The notes beneath the pieces are model-generated. The model did no database searches and was not told where the DNA came from. It saw only the letters and a program-made list of their open reading frames with translations. 64,000 nucleotides of DNA from a virus (lineage: Duplodnaviria > Caudoviricetes): positions 32,001-96,000 of IMG/VR virus record IMGVR_UViG_3300037249_001000; one strand, given 5' to 3'. The position numbers were made by a program, and so were the translations under genes. Shown here one piece after another: positions 19,610 to 29,337 of the stretch (the stretch's first letter is position 1; every line of letters starts with the position of its first letter).

Positions 19610-21694
19610 TTAAAATTTGATTATATTCGTTAATTTATCTGTTTTCCGATTTACACCATTTCTAGTTTTTCCCTCACATGTAAATTTATTATTAAATATT
19701 TCAAGTACTGCTTTAAAAGGAGCAATAATATTATTAACCATCGTATTTATATCAATATATGGTATTGCCCATTCAGGTATAGTTGCATTACTTGGGATAG
19801 CTAAAACTTGTAAACCTCTTTTTTTAACAGTTACATCAGAACCTTTTACCTTTGTAGTAACGAATATATTGGTATCATCATTAAATATTTTTTCAATAAT
19901 AATATTATATACTTCAGGATTCGTTTTTTTTAAATCAACAATATCATCTTCAGTAAATATATTCATTTTAACAAGACTTACTTTTGCAGGTAAATCTATT
20001 ACATTATCTGGATTTAAAATATTCCATGCTAATGCACCTCTTACTGATTGTTCACTTGCGGGGTCTTTGTATGCGGCAATTTCTTTAGCTGAACCATTTG
20101 GAAGAAATTTACGTTCTCCACTCAAAATGCTTTCTCTCACTTCATTTTCAAAATTACGCAAATCTTTAATTATATTTTTCAGTTCAATAGTTTCTGAACC
20201 AATTATATAATTTTGAATAATCTTCATAAAACGGTCTTCCGCATATTCACTACAAGTCGCTTTCTTAAAATCAAATCCTTTAATATCATTCTTCGGTGGA
20301 TTCATAAGATTACCCTCACGAAGAAGAATCTTACTAATATATCTTTTCTTTGATTTACCTACAATAAGTAGAGGCATGAAAAATTCATTCTTCATACTGA
20401 ATCTATATCTAAATTCTTCAGGTACATTTGACATCTCACCATAATACATAAGAATTTTACTAATAGCTTCAGTAATTACATAAGTAATAGAATTTACAAT
20501 AACAAATGAATTATGTTCATCGTCTCTACCAAATGTTTCTCCTTTAATAATATTATCATTAATCCAACCTACCAAAATATCTAATGAAAGAATATTTGAA
20601 TCTGTATCGATTACTGTAACTACTCTACGTTTAAAATTACGTAATCTATAAATTCTATCAAAGGATAAATATTTTGTAAATACATATTTCATTATATATT
20701 TTTTAAATATTTCGAGTTCATCTTTAATCGCATCTGGTGTTACATTAGGATTCATAAAATACTCTTTATCAACATACTCATTCCATTCTTTTACATCCAT
20801 ACCATGTGTATCAATATACTCATAATTATCATCATTTACTTTTTCTAAATTTTGTACATTTTTCATTATAGTATAAAAAATATTTTGAATAGGTTTATGA
20901 TTATCAAAAAATGAAATGATATTATTTTTATAATATAAAATTGTAACTTCATCTTCTGTAAGATTTGAAAGATAGCTATACAACAATTCATCATCATTGT
21001 AAGATTTTATAATCAACTTATCATACAATCTTTCATATGTTTCATCAACACTTTTCTTTACAATAAAATCATCTAATTCAAAATTATCTTCTTTAATAAT
21101 TTTATTCATCCAATGAATCAATTCATTAATATTTATAAAATTATAATTATCAGCCAAAAATGATTCAAAAAAGTTTTTAGCTGTACTAATAACTGATTGA
21201 GCAGTAAGTGTTGTTGCTGGACCAGAATATTCGCTATAAAACGCAGAAGATGGTGCACCACTTGCACCATAATATGAATTCGCGTTTATTTTCTGGTTCT
21301 GTTGAGACCTGTCCAAATCTTTATATTTTGGAGAATTTGTATCCTCGACTTTAAACATTTCTTTTTTTAATTTTTTTCTTGTTATAAGAAAATTATCAAG
21401 CATCTGAGCAATTGGATTTTTTGCTTCATGTTGATTCATATAAAATGTTCCATTACCTGCAACTATTGGTTTTCTTTCTATAATCCAATCTAGTGTTGCA
21501 AGTAAAGTTGTTTCTCTCTTTTCACCAGTAAAGTTATTATCTAATATTACTGATGGATTTTGAATTCTTTCTTTAATCATTTTATCAATTACTTTTTCTA
21601 TGTTTTTTTTATCCCATTCTGGATTTGCTTGCATCATAGTTTTAACCATTTCTTTTTTATATTTCTTTATAAATTTACTTTCTAATATATCCAT
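19610..21694 (-). CDS. Family B DNA polymerase, polymerase-domain subunit of a split phiKZ/AR9-type enzyme
   Basis: Motif B QKINANSYYG, motif C IDTDS, KKRY, KGFDF; no exonuclease or DxxSLYP motif seen; GGAGGG SD before ATG 21694. Confidence 0.85.
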   Translation of the reverse strand: MDILESKFIKKYKKEMVKTMMQANPEWDKKNIEKVIDKMIKERIQNPSVILDNNFTGEKRETTLLATLDWIIERKPIVAGNGTFYMNQHEAKNPIAQMLDNFLITRKKLKKEMFKVEDTNSPKYKDLDRSQQNQKINANSYYGASGAPSSAFYSEYSGPATTLTAQSVISTAKNFFESFLADNYNFININELIHWMNKIIKEDNFELDDFIVKKSVDETYERLYDKLIIKSYNDDELLYSYLSNLTEDEVTILYYKNNIISFFDNHKPIQNIFYTIMKNVQNLEKVNDDNYEYIDTHGMDVKEWNEYVDKEYFMNPNVTPDAIKDELEIFKKYIMKYVFTKYLSFDRIYRLRNFKRRVVTVIDTDSNILSLDILVGWINDNIIKGETFGRDDEHNSFVIVNSITYVITEAISKILMYYGEMSNVPEEFRYRFSMKNEFFMPLLIVGKSKKRYISKILLREGNLMNPPKNDIKGFDFKKATCSEYAEDRFMKIIQNYIIGSETIELKNIIKDLRNFENEVRESILSGERKFLPNGSAKEIAAYKDPASEQSVRGALAWNILNPDNVIDLPAKVSLVKMNIFTEDDIVDLKKTNPEVYNIIIEKIFNDDTNIFVTTKVKGSDVTVKKRGLQVLAIPSNATIPEWAIPYIDINTMVNNIIAPFKAVLEIFNNKFTCEGKTRNGVNRKTDKLTNIIKF

Positions 21695-21838
21695 ATTATA
21701 TTTCCCTCCATTATTTTTCAATGAATTTAAATTGATGTTTTTATGTATATAGATTTGAATTTTAAAAATCATATATTTTTGTTACAATATATTAAATGAA
21801 TTTCTAAAATTAATATAATTTGAAAGGTGGAAATAATT

Positions 21839-22753
21839 ATGTCTTTTTCAGATATTTTAAGAAGACCATTGCCTTCTCAATCACTTTATACAGAGTCTGA
21901 GGATGAATCAGTATTTGATGATCCTAATGCAATAAAAAAGCAATTAGATAAGGAAGTATCCGAAGATGTGGATGATTATGGTTCATCATATGGTGATGAT
22001 TTTGACTCATATTCATCAGATGATTCTGATAATTTAAGTTATGATGATGAATGTGGAGATAGTGATTACAGTAATAACTATGAATATGATGAGGGCGGAG
22101 ACTGTTCAAACTGCGAAGAAGATGCAGACTTAGATGAGGATGACATTGATGATATTGCAGATGAACTTGAGGATATTGATCTTGAAGATCTCAGTGATGA
22201 GGAATTAAGTCAGATGGAAGACGAACTCGAAAATCAAGAGATTGATAATATTGTCGGTGAACCTGAGCAAGTTGATCTTGATCCCGAGGAAGAAAAAGTC
22301 GCAGATGACCTCATGGCTGTAAGTGCTACTACAGAACTTATTAATAATGAGCTTAATGCTGAAGAAAGAGCTCAATTCTATGAATCTGCAAGAGATACAC
22401 AAATTGCTGTATATGAGGGTTTTCTTCTTGAGTCAGATATTCAAGATGGTAGAGAGATTGATGATGACTTCTTTACTGAGTCTAAGATGTGGAGAAAAAC
22501 AATGGTTCGTTTCTCCAAGGATGATAGAAAGAAACAGCTCTATTCTGTTGCAGTAAATGTATCAGCACGTGCTCACAATGACCCTCTTTATTTCAAGTAT
22601 CAGAAGATTCTTAAAGCGAGAAAACTTTATAAACGCAAGCTTGAGAAGAAGTACCATGCTGAAGCTATTAAACGTATGAAAGTATACTTCAATAGATTGA
22701 AGAATTCTAAATCTTCAGTTCTTGCTAATATTGGAAAGAAATTCAGTAAATAA
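21839..22753 (+). CDS. Probable virion (head) protein with very acidic N-half and basic C-terminus
   Basis: D/E-rich N-half with LYTE-S, FLLE-S, FFTE-S sites; TACA-N6-TA at 21783-21794. Confidence 0.55.
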   Translation: MSFSDILRRPLPSQSLYTESEDESVFDDPNAIKKQLDKEVSEDVDDYGSSYGDDFDSYSSDDSDNLSYDDECGDSDYSNNYEYDEGGDCSNCEEDADLDEDDIDDIADELEDIDLEDLSDEELSQMEDELENQEIDNIVGEPEQVDLDPEEEKVADDLMAVSATTELINNELNAEERAQFYESARDTQIAVYEGFLLESDIQDGREIDDDFFTESKMWRKTMVRFSKDDRKKQLYSVAVNVSARAHNDPLYFKYQKILKARKLYKRKLEKKYHAEAIKRMKVYFNRLKNSKSSVLANIGKKFSK

Positions 22754-22863
22754 TTATAAGTAGTGTGATATTTTTATATCACACTACTTATTTATATATC
22801 ATTTAATTGATATTCAATATCATATTCAACTTTTCATTAATAAAATTTTAAGGAGGTCATTTT

Positions 22864-23625
22864 ATGTCAGAAATGAATTTTGAAGGAGTTGTGTATCTAA
22901 ATCAATTAGCAATGATAGAAGAAAAAATATCTAATAAAAATGAGATAGGATTTCTAATAGATTTGTCTAAATTTAATAAGATTTGGTTTACTAGCGATGA
23001 ACATTTTGGTTCACAACGAGCTCTCGAATTATCTCAACGTATAGAATTTATGCCAAATAATGTTAGTAAAATGAATAACCACATTATTAGATGTCATAAT
23101 AAAAGAGTTGGTAAAAATGATTTGGTCATTCATTTAGGAGACTTTGGTATTTTTAATTATTTGACACATCTAAACGGTCAGCATATTTTAATACGAGGAA
23201 ACTATGAAATAGATGATGAATCATTTTTTGAAAAAGTACATGCTCCCGGTGTAATTGATAAGTTAGCTGGTGGAATTTCTTGTTTACAAGATAATATGTA
23301 TTTTAGCAATAACACGTTATCAAAATATTTTAGTTCTAAATTCTGTGATAAAATTGAGCTACTGTATATGACTCATAAACCAGAAGATTGTATTATAGCT
23401 GATGAATTGATAAATGTTGTTGAAGATAGTTATAAACCATTTCAGTTAATGAATGGTAATTATATTATGAATCTATTTGGACATATTCATGAAAAAGCAA
23501 AAGTAAAACCTTACGGATTAAATGTTGGCATAGATTGTCATCATTATTATCCATTTTCAACTGAAGAAGTTGAATTTTATTTAATGGCTATTCTTGATCA
23601 CTATGATAAAAATGTGTTTATGTGA
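22864..23625 (+). CDS. Calcineurin-like metallophosphoesterase
   Basis: SDEHFG, HLGD, GNYE, THKP, GHIH, NVGID motifs. Confidence 0.85.
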   Translation: MSEMNFEGVVYLNQLAMIEEKISNKNEIGFLIDLSKFNKIWFTSDEHFGSQRALELSQRIEFMPNNVSKMNNHIIRCHNKRVGKNDLVIHLGDFGIFNYLTHLNGQHILIRGNYEIDDESFFEKVHAPGVIDKLAGGISCLQDNMYFSNNTLSKYFSSKFCDKIELLYMTHKPEDCIIADELINVVEDSYKPFQLMNGNYIMNLFGHIHEKAKVKPYGLNVGIDCHHYYPFSTEEVEFYLMAILDHYDKNVFM

Positions 23626-23750
23626 TAAAAATATAATGAGATGATAAGATTATCATCTCATTATAAGCTATGGGAAAAGAAAAAGTAAAGGGGTATTTCA
23701 TTTTTCATCGTTACTTATATGTTATAGATTTGAGGTGAAAATAATTATTT

Positions 23751-24809
23751 ATGACAAATAAAGAAATAAAACAAGATATAATAGAAAAATTATTTCAGAG
23801 ACCAGGAATTTATACAAGAAAAATTAATGATAAACAATATAGAACACGATGCCCATTATGTGGTGATAGTAAAAAGAATGAAAATACTGGTCATTTCTAT
23901 ATAAAAATAGATACATCTGATAATTCACCTATAGCATATCATTGTTTTCTATGTGAAGAGGGTGGTATACTACAACCATCTCTTTTATCATTATTGGAAA
24001 TTGATGATATAGATTTAAAATCTAATTTATCAATGTTAAATAAGACATCAGATAAAATAGATAAAAAAGGTTTAATTAATAATAATCAAATAATTACATT
24101 TGATTATAAATTACCTGAAATAACACGAGGAGTAAAAACAGAATATATTGAAAAGAGACTTGGATTAAAAATAACCGACAATGAGTTTAGAAGTTTCAAA
24201 ACTATAACATCATTAAGTGATTTCTTACTCTTTAATAATATTCATAATATTACATGTAGTCCATATGTTGCAAGTAAATTAGAATCAAAATATATAGGAT
24301 TTTTATCACATGGTAACTCGCATATATTATTTAGAGATGTTACTGATACCGAAGAATTAAGATGGGTAAAATATCCTATAACACCAAAAAGTTCTAACAA
24401 TAGAATATTTTATTCTATTGAATCTGAAGTAGATATTTTCACTAAAGACAAAATAATAATAAACTTAGCTGAAGGTGTTTTAGACATCCTATCGGCTAAT
24501 TTAAATTTGAAATATAATAAACCAAATACTGTTAATATTTGTGTATCTGGTAAATATTATGATTCAATTATTATGTATTTAATATCAATAGGTTTTGTAG
24601 GTTCAAATATTGAATTGAATATATTTGCAGATAATGATGCAAAATTTAATAATAAAAATATGAATAAAACAACATCATTATCATACTATAAAAAGATGTT
24701 GAATAAATACAGGTATTTATTCAAAGATTGTAATGTATACTATAATCTTAAGAGTAAAGATATAGGCGTACCAATTGATAAGATTATACTGGAAAAATAT
24801 ACTATATAG
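23751..24809 (+). CDS. DNA primase (Zn finger + TOPRIM)
   Basis: RCPLCGDS...YHCFLC zinc finger; AEGVLD; FADND; KDIG. Confidence 0.85.
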   Translation: MTNKEIKQDIIEKLFQRPGIYTRKINDKQYRTRCPLCGDSKKNENTGHFYIKIDTSDNSPIAYHCFLCEEGGILQPSLLSLLEIDDIDLKSNLSMLNKTSDKIDKKGLINNNQIITFDYKLPEITRGVKTEYIEKRLGLKITDNEFRSFKTITSLSDFLLFNNIHNITCSPYVASKLESKYIGFLSHGNSHILFRDVTDTEELRWVKYPITPKSSNNRIFYSIESEVDIFTKDKIIINLAEGVLDILSANLNLKYNKPNTVNICVSGKYYDSIIMYLISIGFVGSNIELNIFADNDAKFNNKNMNKTTSLSYYKKMLNKYRYLFKDCNVYYNLKSKDIGVPIDKIILEKYTI

Positions 24810-24882
24810 TATTTTATATAATCTTATTTATATATTATTTTGTTGTATATGGAATACGAAATATTTTAAAGGAGTGAAAACA

Positions 24883-25056
24883 ATGAAAGTATTCAATATC
24901 AATTCTATTATTGACAGTCTCATCGAGACTGTCAGAGAAAACATTAACGAGGGGTATAGTGGCTACGATTTCGTAGCCACTGAATCCCTAAAAATCAATG
25001 ATTTGATGGACGAGTTATATCGTCCTCAATCAATGATTGAGGATGACGAAGATTAA
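24883..25056 (+). CDS. Small acidic early protein
   Basis: AAAGGAG SD before ATG 24883; TATATTAT at 24831-24838. Confidence 0.65.
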   Translation: MKVFNINSIIDSLIETVRENINEGYSGYDFVATESLKINDLMDELYRPQSMIEDDED

Positions 25057-25090
25057 TATCTTCATCTTCCGAGAGAAAGGAGGTGTGATT

Positions 25091-25120
25091 ATGTGGGAAG
25101 AGACATTCCTAGGTGAATAA
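25091..25120 (+). CDS. Possible 9-aa mini-ORF MWEETFLGE with hairpin-sequestered SD
   Basis: AAGGAGGTG SD at canonical spacing; 16-bp stem 25077-25092/25117-25132. Confidence 0.3.
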   Translation: MWEETFLGE

Positions 25121-25272
25121 TCATACCTCCTTATAGTAGTATTGGGCAAAAATCCAATACTATTCTCGTGAAAAAAATAAATGAGTTGATTTATACGACT
25201 CATTTATTTTTTTTTATTTTTTTATAATACATAGCACAATTCATTAATTAAAATTTGAAAAGAGGTAATAAT

Positions 25273-26538
25273 ATGATATATGCTATTATAAGTAATAATG
25301 ATATACCTGTAACTCAAATGCATACTTATCTTAAGAATGAAACTAATGATGATGGCGGAAATATTCCTGAAATATTTAATGACCTTGCATTGTCTGAATC
25401 GGTAAATGGATTATATGCATTTGCAATTGCATGTTTAGTAACTGATAATTTTACTAAACAATCATCATTATTTACAAATGATGAGGTGTCTATTTTGAAC
25501 TTTATTCAATATTTAAAAGGTATGGCTACCACTATTCAGAGAAAGCATAAAACTGATAATAGGTTATATGATAATTTAGTTAATACCAATCTTATTGGAA
25601 CTGCACCGACAATTTTAAATCTTGATGGTGATTTATTTAAAAATCACTATGATACTAATAAATATCATAGTAGAGAAGCTGCCGATGCTGCTGAAGATTC
25701 ATTTCCTTATTGGGTAATAAATATCATTAAAAAAATTAAAGATGTACAACCAATAATTAAACCAGAAAAAAATGTTAAATATGAGTTACCTTATTATATT
25801 CAAAATATTTCTAATGGTGACATAGAAATTATTGATAAAGACAAAAATGTTATTGGTAAGATCCCACCGTCTGGTACAGAACCTGTATCGGAAATAAATA
25901 ATGGTATTGCTAGATTAATGACTGTTCCTCGTCAGAATGCTTTTGTTGTTCTTAATGAAACAAAACTTGTACCTTGTAAACATCTTGTTTCAGAAGATGA
26001 ACTAAAGCCGAAGAATTTATTACAGATACCAGACGATGATTTATTCTATTTGAAAGCTAAGTCTAATATCAAATATAGAAAAGGTATTAATAAACACTAT
26101 TTATCAACAGAAAATAAAATTAAAAAGAATACTGTTATTGAAGTTGATAAAGCTCATGTATTTTTGGATTCGTATTATATTACAGATGATTTAGGTGTTA
26201 TTCCGATCACAAGTAATTATTTTACTATCTATAATAAACCTGAACCTAAAATTGAAGAAAAAACAACACACGAGGAACATATAAATTCAGTATCTAAAAA
26301 AAAGAAACCAGGTAAATATAAAGTTATTGTTGATATAAATAAAACTAAATATGATGGACATGGAGACCTAGTTACTGCAAAACTTCATAGTAAAGTATTA
26401 ATTGACTTGAATTATTTACTTGATAATAATACAAAATATAATAAAATTGTTTGTGGTGATTTCGATGATGAAAAATCAGCAATTGCACTTAAAAAGAAAA
26501 TTATTGCTTTAACAGGTTTTAAAGCAACTATTGAATAA
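25273..26538 (+). CDS. Degenerate glucosaminidase (GH73-like) + C-terminal SPOR-like domain
   Basis: QMHTYL...ESVNGLYAFAIACLVTDNF resembles EGVRGDIAFAQSCLETGNF with E replaced by V; C-terminal KIVCGDFDDEKSAIALKKKIIALTGFKATI is SPOR-like. Confidence 0.55.
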   Translation: MIYAIISNNDIPVTQMHTYLKNETNDDGGNIPEIFNDLALSESVNGLYAFAIACLVTDNFTKQSSLFTNDEVSILNFIQYLKGMATTIQRKHKTDNRLYDNLVNTNLIGTAPTILNLDGDLFKNHYDTNKYHSREAADAAEDSFPYWVINIIKKIKDVQPIIKPEKNVKYELPYYIQNISNGDIEIIDKDKNVIGKIPPSGTEPVSEINNGIARLMTVPRQNAFVVLNETKLVPCKHLVSEDELKPKNLLQIPDDDLFYLKAKSNIKYRKGINKHYLSTENKIKKNTVIEVDKAHVFLDSYYITDDLGVIPITSNYFTIYNKPEPKIEEKTTHEEHINSVSKKKKPGKYKVIVDINKTKYDGHGDLVTAKLHSKVLIDLNYLLDNNTKYNKIVCGDFDDEKSAIALKKKIIALTGFKATIE

Positions 26539-26542
26539 ATGA

Positions 26543-26576
26543 ATACAAACCATATGAATATTCATATGGTTTGTAT
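26543..26576. terminator. Terminator between convergent genes
   Basis: ATACAAACCATATGAAT / ATTCATATGGTTTGTAT palindrome. Confidence 0.75.
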
Positions 26577-26601
26577 ATATCATTTTTTATAATTAATAAT
26601 A

Positions 26602-27422
26602 TCAAGATTTTGAATCAGATGGTATTGTTTTATAAATTTTTGTTAACACAATTTGCTCATGAAGAGTTGGAATTATTTTATTATGTAATGTCTCATAATC
26701 TATCATATTATTTATAAAACAATAGGTTATTCGACTATATTTATTAAATGAAACATATTCCAAATAATCATCGTTATGTGCTAATACATGTTTAGCGGTA
26801 TTATCAAGTATATTATAAAAATCACCAAATTTTTATAATCTTGATATTGCCTACGATAAAACTCATAATAATTAATATCTTTATCATTATTAATAGACCT
26901 ATCCATTAAACGGGCAATTCTTTTATCTTCACTAACATATGGGTATATAACAATTATTTCAGATTCGTTATTAATTTCATGTTTTGATAAATCATAGATA
27001 TCACCAAGAGATGAGAACCATGATAATGATTGACTTTTTGAACGACCTCTAAGATGTAAGTTTATATACTTCATAAGTTGATCAATCGCACCATTACCAA
27101 TATATACATTATCTTTATCAAAATCAACTCCTGAAGAACCATAACAAACTGAATACGAATTTCCGGTTTTATCTGACATATAATATACACGATGCTCAGT
27201 TATAGTTTTTTTATGAACTTCTTCAATAAATGATTCATCAGTTAAAAATGTATAATCATCATCATTTTCACCTTCTCGTTTTTCTCTAGTTGTATATAAT
27301 TTCATTTTGTGTAATTTTTTTTGAGATAAGTTATTATCTCTATCATAAGCAATAAGTTCTTTTTGAATTGTATCTTTTCCAGAACCAGATTTTCCTGTAA
27401 TAAAAATAAGTCTACCAGCCAT
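26602..27422 (-). CDS. gmk: Guanylate kinase-like protein; C-terminus continues in the -1 frame after about 26830
   Basis: GKSGSGKDT, YTTRxKREGE, YxF motifs; 0-frame stops at 26781 but the -1 frame stays open 75 codons to TGA 26604-26602. Confidence 0.75.
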
Positions 27423-27427
27423 AATAA

Positions 27428-28879
27428 CTACTCCATTCTCATCATAAAAATTTCTTTACATTTTTTTTGTAATACTGGTTTTATACGTTTAAACATTTCA
27501 TACGTATAACCGATAGATGTATCTACTAAATAAAATAAATACGTATCTTCGGTTTCAGAATATTCTCGTAATCTTCCTCTTAACTGATCTACTAATGCAT
27601 GAGATGCAATAGGTTCAGTATTGATTAATATTCTTAAACCTTTTATATTATCTCCCTCTCCTATTCCTTTTATAGTAGAAGAAATTATATCTTTAGTTAT
27701 AGATTCATCATTCTTATCTTTACTTTGTTTACTATGAACAACACCAATAGACTTGTCCGTTTCATATTTTAATGCATTTGCAATCATTTCAACAGATTCT
27801 ATTTTTGGTGATGTTATTAAAATCTTACCTTTAAGATTTTCTGTTTTATCAATTATATTTTTTATAATTTTAATCATTGTATTTTCTTCATCATTTTTAA
27901 GAGCATAATCAATATACCTATAAGAGTTAAATCCATATGCTCCGCCAGTAATATTTTTTATTTGTTGATAGGTTGGTTTGCTATGATAAAGTACAACAAC
28001 TAAATTTATATGTTTTCTTTTTTCTTCATAATTTAAAGTTTCTTCACCAAATCTATATAAAGATGAGAAAGCTTTTTTAAATATACCAATTTCTTTTGGG
28101 TCACTTCTTGTAAAAGTTGCAGTTAAATAATAACTACGTTTTACATTAGAAAAAAAATCAAGCATCAAAGTATTTTCAAAAAATTTATGTGCTTCGTCTA
28201 TTACCTTTACACCAACTTTTAATTTCTTGAAAAATACTCTAACATTTTCCCATGAATATAATCTAGCATAGCTAGAAATAGTCTGATGATTTACTATATA
28301 AATATCGGCTTCTCTTATACCATTTATTATACTCAATATATCATTAGAACCTTCGATACACATTATTCGATCTTCTGATATATCTGTCTTAGATAGAAAT
28401 TCATCATACCACTGTTTTTTAATTCTTGATTTATGTGTTATTATAATTGCTTTCATTCCCAATTTAACTATACCAGATATCATACAGTATGTTTTACCAT
28501 CACCTGTATCTAAGTTAAGTCCATACTGAGAATAATTTAATCCTTTTTTAAATTGATTTTCTGATGTTAAAAAATCAATTGATTCTTGTTGTATTCTATC
28601 TCGTGGTTCATATTTCATATCTATGAAACTTTTAATTTTTTCTGAACTGTCTGCTTTACTTACTAATATAGGTGTTGTTTTAAATAAATTAGCAAGTAAT
28701 GTCATTGATGTTCCTCTTGGTAAATATAGCACATTATCACTTATATAAAATCCTATCTCTATATATTTATGTGTTACATTATCCCATTTAGAATAACTTT
28801 TTTCTATTTGCGGAACATCACCTTTATTATATGGATATACTTCTATATGTGTATTATAAACTTTAATTGTATATGCCAT
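27428..28879 (-). CDS. Superfamily 2 DNA helicase (UvsW-like)
   Basis: DTGDGKT, IDEAH, LTAT, EGDN, QLRGRLR motifs. Confidence 0.85.
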   Translation of the reverse strand: MAYTIKVYNTHIEVYPYNKGDVPQIEKSYSKWDNVTHKYIEIGFYISDNVLYLPRGTSMTLLANLFKTTPILVSKADSSEKIKSFIDMKYEPRDRIQQESIDFLTSENQFKKGLNYSQYGLNLDTGDGKTYCMISGIVKLGMKAIIITHKSRIKKQWYDEFLSKTDISEDRIMCIEGSNDILSIINGIREADIYIVNHQTISSYARLYSWENVRVFFKKLKVGVKVIDEAHKFFENTLMLDFFSNVKRSYYLTATFTRSDPKEIGIFKKAFSSLYRFGEETLNYEEKRKHINLVVVLYHSKPTYQQIKNITGGAYGFNSYRYIDYALKNDEENTMIKIIKNIIDKTENLKGKILITSPKIESVEMIANALKYETDKSIGVVHSKQSKDKNDESITKDIISSTIKGIGEGDNIKGLRILINTEPIASHALVDQLRGRLREYSETEDTYLFYLVDTSIGYTYEMFKRIKPVLQKKCKEIFMMRME

Positions 28880-28960
28880 TTTATCACACCTTAACAAAAA
28901 AAATATGACCAGTAATAATTTTTATTTATTACTGGTCACGTTATTATTTAATATGGAATA

Positions 28961-29275
28961 TTATCTGAACAAGCTTGAACGACTATTTCCGCCTTTTCTT
29001 CTTGCTCCATCAAACGGGTCATAACTTGAGCTTGAAGAATTATTATTCATTCCAACAAGTACCAGTGCCTTAGAAAGAATGATTACCTGTTCTTCAGCAG
29101 AGAATTTTGAAATCATCTTCTGAATATCTTTCTCGTTTGAACGCTGAAGATTATTTTCCTGCTGTCTACCAAGAATTACCTCAGCTACAAGACCTGCAGT
29201 CTTTTCAAGAATTTGATCTCTCTTTGAAAGTAAGTCCTCAATTTTTGTGTTTGCTGTTACGAATGTTTCTGACAT
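28961..29275 (-). CDS. Hypothetical protein
   Basis: 104-aa ORF, AAGGAG SD. Confidence 0.7.
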   Translation of the reverse strand: MSETFVTANTKIEDLLSKRDQILEKTAGLVAEVILGRQQENNLQRSNEKDIQKMISKFSAEEQVIILSKALVLVGMNNNSSSSSYDPFDGARRKGGNSRSSLFR

Positions 29276-29337
29276 AATTATTATCTCCTTTATTTTAAAT
29301 TAAAAATGTGTATATAATAAAATGATTTTTAATCATT

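Noticed and set aside
19617-20210. 197-aa + strand ORF and similar shadow ORFs (e.g. 3774..4241, 12711..13082, 49603..49968, 50016..50456)
   Set aside because: Antisense or alternate-frame shadows of well-supported genes, without SD or recognisable motifs
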